Assembly: GCA_963798485.1 (NCBI GenBank)
Contig: CAWCTR010000004.1
Location: 381,801 to 445,800, forward strand
DNA from: an uncultured delta proteobacterium
GTDB taxonomy: Bacteria; Desulfobacterota; Desulfomonilia; UBA1062
Direction: 5' to 3'
DNA length: 64,000 nt
The stretch's first letter is position 1, and every line of letters begins with the position of its first letter. The translations under genes were made by a program, and so were the position numbers. This document shows positions 1-8,979 of this stretch, piece by piece. The notes beneath the pieces were generated by a model. The model was not told the DNA's origin. It did no database searches and saw nothing but the letters and a program-made list of their open reading frames with translations.

Positions 1-318
1 TTCGTGAACATCGCCCGGGGAGAGCTTTCACCTGCATCCGTACTCCTGCGCCTGCTGGTCGAAGGGCTTCTTGGGGGTGTGGGGCTCGATGTCTATGAGA
101 ACGAAGGTGATCTTGCAGTAGCTCTGCGCTCGGGCATAACCATTAATAATCCTGCAATGCGCTCCGTTCTCGATCTCGCAGGACACGAGAATGTCATCCT
201 GACCCCGCACAATGCCTTCAACACCAAAGAATCAGTGGAACGCAAGGCCCACATGAGCATAGAGCAGATAGGGCACTTTTTGAAGCACAGGGAGTTCATC
301 TGGAAGGTTCAGATCTGA
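1..318 (+). CDS. D-isomer-specific 2-hydroxyacid dehydrogenase, C-terminal part (5' truncated by window)
   Basis: FVNIARG, LDVYENE and NVILTPHNAF motifs; frame open from position 1. Confidence 0.85.
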   Translation, partial: FVNIARGELSPASVLLRLLVEGLLGGVGLDVYENEGDLAVALRSGITINNPAMRSVLDLAGHENVILTPHNAFNTKESVERKAHMSIEQIGHFLKHREFIWKVQI

Positions 319-382
319 GTATTTTCTATACCATGGTTGGTCAAGATCCAAGACACCTATTCCTCTGTGCTACCCTACAATA

Positions 383-1222
383 CTAAAAGGTATATACTAA
401 TGTCAGGCTCGGTCCATAGGTGACATCTTTATAATCACCAGGAGCATAAGTATATTTAGGGGAAAAGTACCATTGCTGATACCTGTATCCAATCTGAATG
501 ATCATTTTATCAATGGGTAAATAACTCAGGCTTGCTTCAGCATTATATACTATTGAATTATCAGATTTAATTTTCATTTGATTGATAAAAGCCCAACCTA
601 ATCCACCCTGCATTCCTACAGCAATCTTATCGGAAACAGGGTATGCTACACCAACACCGGCAGTCGGCATATTTACATTGTATTTTATTGTATTTGGAAT
701 CACTATGTTAGGGTACCCGGGCTCATAAACTGTGAAATTTTCATCAATTTTAACATTTTGATACTTATATCCTGCAAATATTTTGCAATATTCAAGGAAT
801 GGATAATTATCCTTAAATTGAGAAAGTGAGTAGGAACCAGCTAGATCATAGTCATAGCGTGTGGTGTCTATGTGCGTGTTACAACCTACTGGTAGGCCAA
901 CGGCATACTGGTTAAGCTTTTGGGAAAAGTTGCTGATTACCATGGGGGCAAAGCTGATATTCCATTTCCCATCCGTGGTTTGATATCCCAATAGAGGTCC
1001 GGCTAAAAATCCAGTTCCAGTTCCTGTACTAGAGTGTATATCCCAATCATAAAGGTTTTTCAAACCTTTAACCGTATTTTGGCTAATCCAGTCTAAAACA
1101 CCCGAATCCCATTTGGTATACCAATACTTGGCCCCTAACAAGAAGGTCCCGGCTTCTGCTTTTGCGAGTGGAAAAGCCAGAAAGAAAACCAATATCCATA
1201 CAATACTGCAAGTTTTCTTCAA
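383..1222 (-). CDS. Putative outer-membrane beta-barrel protein
   Basis: Signal peptide, alternating aromatic/Gly beta-strands, C-terminal ...LVYTF barrel signature; AT-rich. Confidence 0.65.
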   Translation of the reverse strand: MKKTCSIVWILVFFLAFPLAKAEAGTFLLGAKYWYTKWDSGVLDWISQNTVKGLKNLYDWDIHSSTGTGTGFLAGPLLGYQTTDGKWNISFAPMVISNFSQKLNQYAVGLPVGCNTHIDTTRYDYDLAGSYSLSQFKDNYPFLEYCKIFAGYKYQNVKIDENFTVYEPGYPNIVIPNTIKYNVNMPTAGVGVAYPVSDKIAVGMQGGLGWAFINQMKIKSDNSIVYNAEASLSYLPIDKMIIQIGYRYQQWYFSPKYTYAPGDYKDVTYGPSLTLVYTF

Positions 1223-1284
1223 TGTATTATCCCCCCTTTAAATTTTATTATCCCCACAAATCTGCATGTTATCATGATAATGTA

Positions 1285-2109
1285 TTATAAAGTCATGGGT
1301 ATGGCCATCACTAGCTTAGCAAGATTCTTTTTTGCCCTCTCATAGTTTGGATCATATTCCAAGGCCTCTTTAAACTTTTGCTTCGCATCTTTTTCATACA
1401 TGGTTGCATCTTTTTCTTGACCCATTTTTTTCGATTCGTCTGCTTTCATCAATGCTATTTCACCGGAGTAGTTCTTCAATGAGGCATCCACCGATTTGGT
1501 TTCAATAGTGTTCAAGATTTTGCTTTGCTTCTCTTCATCCAGCATGACTTCCAAGACCTTTGTAACTTTAGTGAAAAGATTCTTCTCTACTATAAAAAAT
1601 TTATCGGTTTTACCGGTAGCCGAAGTCGCACATAGCTGGATACCTTTCTCTACAGAAAAAACCTGTGCCGATATTTTAAGTTGTCCTCCCATTTCCATGA
1701 AGGTACCTGTGAGAATGTATTTGGCAGCAGTTAATTTTCCTATGGTTACTGCGGATTTTTTATCAACAAGACCTGACTGCTGCAACTGGATTTCCTTAAG
1801 AATTTCATTAATCCTCTCTCGATCTACGATGTTGAACATCGCGGTTTCTTCTAAGTCAGTGGTAAGCATAGCTGCAATGCCGTATTCCCAAGGTTCGAAA
1901 TAATTCGCCCGTTCTTTTGATGTGGTGTTTACAAATTTTAATACGGCAAGTCCGGATCTTTCCGATCGAGGTAATATGGTACTAGTTGCTTCTACGATAT
2001 CGTAAAACTGAGAGGGCTTTCCATTACTGTCAAATGCTAAGGCGGGCGTAGTTAATAAAAAGGACTCTATCAAAAACAGTATAATCAAATGATATGTATT
2101 AATTCTCAT
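1285..2109 (-). CDS. CsgG/FlgO/TolB-N-like periplasmic protein with C-terminal TPR-like helix pair
   Basis: Signal peptide; AVLKFVN, IVDRERINEILKEIQLQQSGLVD, IGKLTAAKYILTG; ALEYDPNY TPR-like tail. Confidence 0.75.
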   Translation of the reverse strand: MRINTYHLIILFLIESFLLTTPALAFDSNGKPSQFYDIVEATSTILPRSERSGLAVLKFVNTTSKERANYFEPWEYGIAAMLTTDLEETAMFNIVDRERINEILKEIQLQQSGLVDKKSAVTIGKLTAAKYILTGTFMEMGGQLKISAQVFSVEKGIQLCATSATGKTDKFFIVEKNLFTKVTKVLEVMLDEEKQSKILNTIETKSVDASLKNYSGEIALMKADESKKMGQEKDATMYEKDAKQKFKEALEYDPNYERAKKNLAKLVMAIPMTL

Positions 2110-2123
2110 AGAATCACATCAAT

Positions 2124-2153
2124 TATATGACATCCATCTATATGACATCCATC
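2124..2153. repeat. Perfect 15-bp tandem duplication
   Basis: TATATGACATCCATC x2. Confidence 0.9.
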
Positions 2154-2247
2154 TTAATTTAATCATTCTTCATTAATTACTTGAAAATTACATCGTGTCA
2201 AGGTTTTATCCTGTTTCCCAAAGATGCCAGAGAAAGAGTAAATTACA

Positions 2248-2287
2248 TTGACAACAAGCCATATTAGTTTTATGCAAAACTAATATG
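2248..2287 (+). promoter_or_regulatory. marR promoter with palindromic operator overlapping the start codon
   Basis: TTGACA at 2248-2253; perfect 12-bp inverted repeat CATATTAGTTTT-atgc-AAAACTAATATG at 2260-2287. Confidence 0.7.
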
Positions 2288-2713
2288 GAAATCAATGAAT
2301 CCAACTTTCTGTATATCATAACCAACATACGGCAGCGGCTGTTCAAGCTCCTGGACAACGAGCTTGCAAAGAATGATATCAAGGGCATCGCTCCGTCGTA
2401 CGGGGATATCCTCTTTGTCCTTGACCAAAAAGGCACGATTACCATGCAGGAAGTGGCAAGGCATACCATCAAGGACAAGTCGACCATCTCATCGGTAATC
2501 AACAAGCTGGAGGCAGGCGGTTTTATCTTGAAGGAACGGGATGCCCTCGACGGGCGCTACACGAATCTGATACTGACTGAGAAGGCAAAGAAACTTCGGC
2601 CTGTCCTGTTTGGAATTTCGAAAGAGATGAATGCGAAACTGTTCGAGGGGTTCAGCGCCGAAGAGAAGCAGACCTTATTCACGCTCATGGAGAAGGTTTA
2701 TAAGAACATTTAG
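2285..2713 (+). CDS. MarR-family transcriptional regulator
   Basis: 142 aa winged HTH; DKSTISSVINKLEAGGFI...DGR...LTEK. Confidence 0.9.
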   Translation: MEINESNFLYIITNIRQRLFKLLDNELAKNDIKGIAPSYGDILFVLDQKGTITMQEVARHTIKDKSTISSVINKLEAGGFILKERDALDGRYTNLILTEKAKKLRPVLFGISKEMNAKLFEGFSAEEKQTLFTLMEKVYKNI

Positions 2714-2801
2714 AAGGACGTTTTTTTATCCCTGATGGTTGGGTACAAAACTAATAAACGCCATCGCTTTGCAGGAGGGAGAGGATAATGAGAGGTAAAA
2801 A

Positions 2802-3608
2802 GTGATAGAGACAGTACAATATGAACAGGTAACCCAGATACGTATGAGCAGGGAGCTCGACGGCAAGCCGGTATACTGGGTAGCGGCCCACCTGGTCAAC
2901 GGGCTGCTTATCGACACCGGGTGCAGTCATACCTCGAAGGAACTTGCTTCTTTCCTTCAGGACAAAGACCTCAAGCAAGTGGTCAACACCCACTACCATG
3001 AGGACCACATGGGCGGGAATCATGACATCATGAGCAGATATGGTATGGATGTGTATGCGCATCCCGATTCCATCCCCCTGATCGCCAAGAGGTTCGACCT
3101 CTATCCCTACCAGGAAATAGCCTGGGGCTATCCTGTTCCGACAATTGTAAAACCTATTCCTGCAGTCCTAAGGACCGATCATTACACATTTCAGATAGTG
3201 GATACCCCCGGTCATTGCATCGGGCACGTCTCCCCTGTGGAACTTTCAAAAGGGTGGTGCTTTACGGGCGATCTCTTTGCCCGGGAGAATCCGAAGTTTA
3301 TCCGGCCCGAAGAAAATATCGGGGAGATCATACGATCCATGCGCAAGGTCATCGAGCTCCCTACGGAACGACTCATCCTATTTACCGCAGTGGGAAAGAT
3401 CGTTCAGGACGGGAGAAAGGCCCTGCGTCGGTGTATTATTTACCTTACCGATCTTGCTGCAAAGGTTCACAAGCTCCATGATTCAGGATCTACCATTGAC
3501 GAGATCCTGGTCAATGAATTCGGAGGTGAGCATGTATTCAGTCAGCTCACGAACGGCCAGTTCTCCACACTCAGCCTGATCAACTCGCTCCTGGAAACAG
3601 CGTCATAA
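2802..3608 (+). CDS. MBL-fold metallo-hydrolase
   Basis: LIDTG, THYHEDHMGG, TPGH and FTGD motifs. Confidence 0.9.
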   Translation: MIETVQYEQVTQIRMSRELDGKPVYWVAAHLVNGLLIDTGCSHTSKELASFLQDKDLKQVVNTHYHEDHMGGNHDIMSRYGMDVYAHPDSIPLIAKRFDLYPYQEIAWGYPVPTIVKPIPAVLRTDHYTFQIVDTPGHCIGHVSPVELSKGWCFTGDLFARENPKFIRPEENIGEIIRSMRKVIELPTERLILFTAVGKIVQDGRKALRRCIIYLTDLAAKVHKLHDSGSTIDEILVNEFGGEHVFSQLTNGQFSTLSLINSLLETAS

Positions 3609-3665
3609 GGAAATCAATGATCGGATAAAAAACCGAGAACCAGAAGACTTAGCTCAGGTGATGTT

Positions 3666-4673
3666 TCACCCCATGTATCCTTTGGTTATATAATAATTCA
3701 CCTTGTCGTAGAGGAAGATGATACGGTTGTTGAGCTCCAGGGTGCTGTAGATCTCAAGGGGCGAGTTTAAAATCCTCTGCTTGATCACATGCACCCAGAT
3801 GTTTTTCCTGCTCAGCGCAAGGGCATTGAGGATCTCGGGCAGCGGGATATCGAGTTCCCTCATCTTTAAGCCGGCCTCCATGAACCGCTTAGCCTCAAAG
3901 GCCTTCTTTTTTTTCTCCAAACCTTCCTTGATGGCCTGGAGTACGACTTTATTTATGCCCCGGAGCATGTTCATGTGGCGATCCAGCGACGGGATGGAAG
4001 ATATTACTTCCTCGGCCCAACTCTTCGTGATGTCCTCCCTGTCCTTATCTATGACCTTGATGAGGATGTTCGACAATACCATTGCAGGGGAGGTCTCCTC
4101 TGATTGCGGTGTCCGGTCCATTCCAAGATCAGGGAAGAGCTGCTTGAAGGAGTCCATCATTGCCCAATTATCCCGGTAAAGGTCCACAAAGATTTCAACC
4201 GCCTTCTCATTGGAGGACCAGGCAAGCGGAGGCAGATCAAGGATGGGAAAATATTGTGCGTCATTTGCATCATCGCCGGGCTTGAGTTCACCACCGGTTG
4301 CCCTTACCTCATAGGTTACAATGGCAAGGCTTCCATAAAAATCATTATCAACGGTGTCTACGTCTATAAGCCTCACGATCTCACCGGTGATGCCGGCCTC
4401 CTCTTCAAGCTCGCGTAATGCTGCGTCCTTCACCTCCTCACCGCTCTCGGCAAACCCGATGGGCAGGCACCACATATCCTTGTATGGCTCCTTCTTGCGC
4501 TTGACAAGCAGCACCTGCCGTGCATCATTCACTACAAGTGCACATGCCACAGGCAAGGGGTTTTCGTAAAAGACCGTGGTGCAGCATGTGCACATGTCCC
4601 TATTCTTGCCCTCAATCTGCCGCTTCACCACAGGCTCTGCGCAATAGGGACAGTATAACCGCTCTTTCTTCAT
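3666..4673 (-). CDS. Zn-ribbon NUDIX hydrolase fused to a C-terminal helical (RsbRD_N-like) domain
   Basis: CPYC...CTCC; Nudix box GFAESGEEVKDAALRELEEEAG; ~150 aa helical C-terminal extension. Confidence 0.8.
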   Translation of the reverse strand: MKKERLYCPYCAEPVVKRQIEGKNRDMCTCCTTVFYENPLPVACALVVNDARQVLLVKRKKEPYKDMWCLPIGFAESGEEVKDAALRELEEEAGITGEIVRLIDVDTVDNDFYGSLAIVTYEVRATGGELKPGDDANDAQYFPILDLPPLAWSSNEKAVEIFVDLYRDNWAMMDSFKQLFPDLGMDRTPQSEETSPAMVLSNILIKVIDKDREDITKSWAEEVISSIPSLDRHMNMLRGINKVVLQAIKEGLEKKKKAFEAKRFMEAGLKMRELDIPLPEILNALALSRKNIWVHVIKQRILNSPLEIYSTLELNNRIIFLYDKVNYYITKGYMG

Positions 4674-5548
4674 TGCCTTCTCCTGTCATGAACAGGAAGT
4701 GTGCATCGGAATATTCCGTCATCCTTGTTAAGGATCACACTGCCATGGATGCGGGCATGCTCATACGAGGTCTTGGTGAAGGCGCTCATGACTGCATCAA
4801 TTTTTGAAGGGTGTCCCTCCAAGACCTCTTTGAAGAACAGCGGCTTCTTGATCGTGATGTATTCCATAAAATCACTGAAATGGGCATAAGGGAAGAGCAG
4901 GGAGTTCTTGTAGAAAATCGCCTTCACATCCTCAAAGAAAGGGGCGAGCCTCGTTGCCCCGTCCTCAAGAGAAAAGGCTTCGAACAGCTCATATATCTTC
5001 AGATCATCAGGCGGTTCTATACCGGCTGACTTCATGCTTTCAGACACGAGCTCCGTTACCTCATGCAGCGAATGCTTGCTGTGGGTCACTGCAATGAAGA
5101 GACCGCCGGGCTCAAGGATACGGGCGATCTCGGCGATAAGGTGAGGGAAGAAATACAGCGAGTAGCTCGTTATGACAAGATCAAAGCCGGAGTCGGCCAT
5201 ATCCCTGATGATCTCGGCGCTGCCCTGGATAAAAATACCCGTGTATCCCATATGGTTCACTATCTGTAAGAAACTGTCCCGGTTGTTCTTTTCAATAACA
5301 TCAATACCGGTAATATGGGCATTGCTGTTCAGCCTTCCGGTCAACCGCTCGGTGAAGAAACCGTATCCGCAACCCAGGTCGAGCACCCTATGCATATGCG
5401 AAAGATCAACACCTTCGAGTGCAACATCACGGATGTCTTTTGTGTTAAGTGCATACCCCTGGATGATGTCCTTGCACCTGCGGTGCCAGACAACCTCCTC
5501 GTAGGTCTTCCTGATGTCTTCGTACGAGAATAATTCTTGCACGTTCAC
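4670..5548 (-). CDS. Class I SAM-dependent methyltransferase
   Basis: VLDLGCGYG, FDLV, ILEPGG. Confidence 0.85.
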   Translation of the reverse strand: MNVQELFSYEDIRKTYEEVVWHRRCKDIIQGYALNTKDIRDVALEGVDLSHMHRVLDLGCGYGFFTERLTGRLNSNAHITGIDVIEKNNRDSFLQIVNHMGYTGIFIQGSAEIIRDMADSGFDLVITSYSLYFFPHLIAEIARILEPGGLFIAVTHSKHSLHEVTELVSESMKSAGIEPPDDLKIYELFEAFSLEDGATRLAPFFEDVKAIFYKNSLLFPYAHFSDFMEYITIKKPLFFKEVLEGHPSKIDAVMSAFTKTSYEHARIHGSVILNKDDGIFRCTLPVHDRRRQ

Positions 5549-5655
5549 ATCCCTCTTTTATTCATGTAGGCTACATAGTAAAGTAAATCAACATTGAAGC
5601 CTTGCCGACTTTTCCCCGGCATGGCTCCTATACAGTCCTTAATAAGGAGGAATCC

Positions 5656-6654
5656 ATGGAACAGCAAGACGTGTACCGGGAATTATCAAAAAAGCTTATG
5701 CTGGAAAATTCAACCATACTCCCCAAGATATGGCGGATAGTATGCAGCGATGAGGAGGCGCAGCTGGTAAACCGCCTGCCTGCTACCCTGGAACAGCTGG
5801 TGCAGGAATCCGGCAAGGCCGCCGAAAAGATGCAGGACACCATCGATGAGCTCTTCCACCGGGGCGTAATATTCGATTTTGTCAAAGACGGCGCTGTCTT
5901 TTACCGCATGCCCCGGCACATCCTGCAGTTCCATGACGCCACCATCCTCTGGCCCGAGGCCCCTGAAGAACTTTTCACGCTTTGGGAGGAGTTCGAAGAT
6001 ACGGATTATCCCCAGCTTCTTGAGCTGGTGACCGCCATCAAGCTGCCCTCGTTCATGCGGGTGATCCCCATAGGAGAGACCATCGAGGCCAGGAACCAGG
6101 TCCTGGCCTTTGAAGATGCCAGGAAGATGCTTGAAAGCGCCGGCTCAATTGCCGTCACTACCTGTGTATGCAGGAAGCTCATGAAGCGCTGCGACGGCCC
6201 CTTGGAGGTATGCCTCCAAATCAATCGCGGCGCAGAGTATAACATCAAGCGTGGGACAGGAAGAAAGGTGAGCCTTGATGAGGCCGTTGCCATCCTCAAA
6301 ATATCCGAGGCAGCGGGCCTGGTTCACATGACCGAGAACACGGCCGGAAAATCCAATGTGCTGTGCAACTGCTGCAACTGCTGCTGCGAGATGCTCAGGT
6401 TCGCAACAAACGAGAAGACAAAAGGCGTCCTTGCACCAAGCCGGTTCCAGGCAAAGGTGGATGCCGGAACGTGCACCACATGCGGGATGTGTATGGAGAT
6501 CTGCCCGGTGGAGGCCATTGCCCTGGACACCGATGATATCGCCGCGGTTAATGCTGATGCATGCATCGGTTGCGGGTTGTGCGCCACGGTGTGTCCGATA
6601 GAGGCCATAAGCCTGTTCGAGGTAAGGCCTAAGGAATTCATCCCGGGGAAGTAG
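5656..6654 (+). CDS. 4Fe-4S dicluster-domain protein
   Basis: RBS AAGGAGG before ATG 5656; CVCRK, LCNCCNCCC, two CxxCxxCxxxCP motifs. Confidence 0.85.
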   Translation: MEQQDVYRELSKKLMLENSTILPKIWRIVCSDEEAQLVNRLPATLEQLVQESGKAAEKMQDTIDELFHRGVIFDFVKDGAVFYRMPRHILQFHDATILWPEAPEELFTLWEEFEDTDYPQLLELVTAIKLPSFMRVIPIGETIEARNQVLAFEDARKMLESAGSIAVTTCVCRKLMKRCDGPLEVCLQINRGAEYNIKRGTGRKVSLDEAVAILKISEAAGLVHMTENTAGKSNVLCNCCNCCCEMLRFATNEKTKGVLAPSRFQAKVDAGTCTTCGMCMEICPVEAIALDTDDIAAVNADACIGCGLCATVCPIEAISLFEVRPKEFIPGK

Positions 6655-6669
6655 TGAGCTTAGGGGAGT

Positions 6670-7656
6670 TCAGTGAGTTGTATCTTCGCTCGGTCCCAAC
6701 ATCTTTATGAATGCGCTCAGGAGGTTATGATCAAACTCGGTGAAGGCATCCCTTTTTATGATCTCGATGGCTTCAAATGGCCTCATGGCTTTCTTGTAGG
6801 GTCGGGCTGATGTCAATGCATCAAAGATATCCGCAATGGCGCAGATGCGGGCGCATGGATGGATATCAGTCATGCCGGAGGGATACCCGGAGCCGTCCGG
6901 CTGCTCATGATGCTGCATGGAAATATAGGCAGCTTCATCGGTGAGGTGCCCGGTCTCCATGAGAATGGAATATCCCCATTCGGGGTGCTTCTTCATGATG
7001 GCCCATTCATCTTCGCTCAGTTTTCCTCGTTTTCTGAGAACAGCCAGAGGTACCCTGGATTTCCCGACATCATGAAGAAAATAACCATAGCTCTGGCGTT
7101 CAAGATTCTCAAGGTCGATCGTGCTGTCACCACGAAAGAAGTGGATGGCAAGCGAGGTGGCGAAGATGCCGACATTGACGCTGTGGGTATAGGTGTTGAA
7201 ATCGTGCTCTGTGATGGAAAAGAGGTCATTGAGCAGGACCTGGTTGTTCATAATGTTCTTGAACATGGGCTTGAGCGTTTTCTTTATCTCCTCGATCCGC
7301 TGCGAATTCGGGTCATCAAATGCCTTCCTGAGGGCATGGATGGATGATACATAGAATGTTGCAGCCTTGACCTTGGAGGGCACCGTCGGGTCGGTGAGTA
7401 TCCTGTCAGAATAAGCGCTGACATATTTTTCAAAGGCAATCGCCTCACTGCCCTTTATGAATATTTTGCTAAGGCCATAGCGGTTCAGCTCGATAAGGTG
7501 GTCCCTGGTGAAAACCCCTCCCTTGCCCAGAAAGGGCATGAGCCTGTCCTCGTGCTTGATGAACAGATCCACTACCGACTTCTCATCAAGCTGAATAACA
7601 TCAATGGGTATAGGCCGGAACACGTCCATATGTGTCTTTTCGGCATCCCGGCGCAA
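6670..7656 (-). CDS. HD-GYP domain phosphodiesterase
   Basis: HSVNV, LHDVGK, HHEQPDGSGYP, ADIFDALTSARPYK. Confidence 0.9.
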   Translation of the reverse strand: MRRDAEKTHMDVFRPIPIDVIQLDEKSVVDLFIKHEDRLMPFLGKGGVFTRDHLIELNRYGLSKIFIKGSEAIAFEKYVSAYSDRILTDPTVPSKVKAATFYVSSIHALRKAFDDPNSQRIEEIKKTLKPMFKNIMNNQVLLNDLFSITEHDFNTYTHSVNVGIFATSLAIHFFRGDSTIDLENLERQSYGYFLHDVGKSRVPLAVLRKRGKLSEDEWAIMKKHPEWGYSILMETGHLTDEAAYISMQHHEQPDGSGYPSGMTDIHPCARICAIADIFDALTSARPYKKAMRPFEAIEIIKRDAFTEFDHNLLSAFIKMLGPSEDTTH

Positions 7657-7696
7657 TATTATAAATAAACACAGTCTAATTCATTTTTACAAAAAC

Positions 7697-8854
7697 TTAT
7701 GACCTGCTCAACCACTCATTGATGTGCTTTTGCTTCTCGGACCAGGTGCCGGCAATACGCTCTTGCATGAAGGCGGAAAAGACGCTGTCAAAGAGCTGGA
7801 GCCCTGTTTCAAGAAGGCTCATGCGCTCGTAGAAAACGGCTATGCGTTCCTGGTCAGGATCGGTGATCTCGTCGCGCTCGATCTGCACCACCGGGCAGGA
7901 AAAAGAGCCCAGGGCAAAAATGTCGGCCTTCAAAGAAACCTTCCAGGAACGCGGTTCCTTTTCCAGATAGATCAGGGTCTCCGTGATGTTTTTGCCGTCA
8001 CGAATCGCCTCCCTGGTCTCGGAAAACTCCCGCTGGATACCTGTTATAGAACTCTTTCTCTTGCCCTGCTCATGCTCCGCCACCAGTACGAACTTGTCAT
8101 GGAGGTAGGCCATGAAGCCCTCGCCAATCTCAAGAGGGCCTCTCTGGTTGACCTCGTACACCGAGGAGCTGCTGCTCGTGCGATACATGAGCCACAAAAG
8201 AAAGTCCCATCCGACCCACCGGTTGCGCTTTATCTGTAGGAGCACATCCTTCGAAGGGGCTTGGTCGGCTTTTTCGAGAAGATGATGGAGGCCTTCATCC
8301 AGCACCATATGCGCCCTGCTCATGGGGTGAATCGGCTCAAGGGTCAATCCGACAAAGGTCCTTGAAAAGGTGTCTTCCACCATGTCCAGCACCCGCTCGC
8401 TGATGTTGGCTACGGCAAGGATATCCGTATCCGTGTTCCAGACAACATCATAGGTCGCCGGCACGGGCAAAGTCTTTGAGAGGAGCGATGCATGGAGGTT
8501 CTCCCTGATCTCGGCCTTGCGTTTGAAGGGCATGCGCGATATGGCAGGCCTATCCGCAAGCCACCTTGCGCATTCCTTGTCTACAAGGTTCTTCAGCACC
8601 GCTGAGGGGACTTTGCGCTGGTCTCTCCGCAAGGCAAACGCATAGTAGGGGTCGCGCCTGAATACATTCTCATTATCAAAATCAGCGCTTGTATGATCGT
8701 CAAGGTTCACCCAGCCGAGCGCCTCCTCATCGGCGGTCGTATCGATGGGCATGAACCGGTTCTTGCCCAGGCATTCCTGCACCCAGGCAACACCCTTAGG
8801 CTCTCCGATGACCTTGTACTGGTATATGCTCACGGTGTTCGACATGATCCCCAT
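7697..8854 (-). CDS. rdgC: Recombination-associated protein RdgC-like (long form)
   Basis: RBS AAAGGAG before MGIMSNT; LGWV, FALRRDQRKVP, YDVVWN, GWDFLLWL motifs. Confidence 0.65.
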   Translation of the reverse strand: MGIMSNTVSIYQYKVIGEPKGVAWVQECLGKNRFMPIDTTADEEALGWVNLDDHTSADFDNENVFRRDPYYAFALRRDQRKVPSAVLKNLVDKECARWLADRPAISRMPFKRKAEIRENLHASLLSKTLPVPATYDVVWNTDTDILAVANISERVLDMVEDTFSRTFVGLTLEPIHPMSRAHMVLDEGLHHLLEKADQAPSKDVLLQIKRNRWVGWDFLLWLMYRTSSSSSVYEVNQRGPLEIGEGFMAYLHDKFVLVAEHEQGKRKSSITGIQREFSETREAIRDGKNITETLIYLEKEPRSWKVSLKADIFALGSFSCPVVQIERDEITDPDQERIAVFYERMSLLETGLQLFDSVFSAFMQERIAGTWSEKQKHINEWLSRS

Positions 8855-8979
8855 AGGGTTACTCCTTTCATTCAAAGGACACCCCATATACGAAAGACCC
8901 ATGAAAGGGCAAGCCTGGAAAAAACCCTTGAGTGTATACTACATGAACTTAATTTGAAAAAGGCTTGGCAAACGCATTA

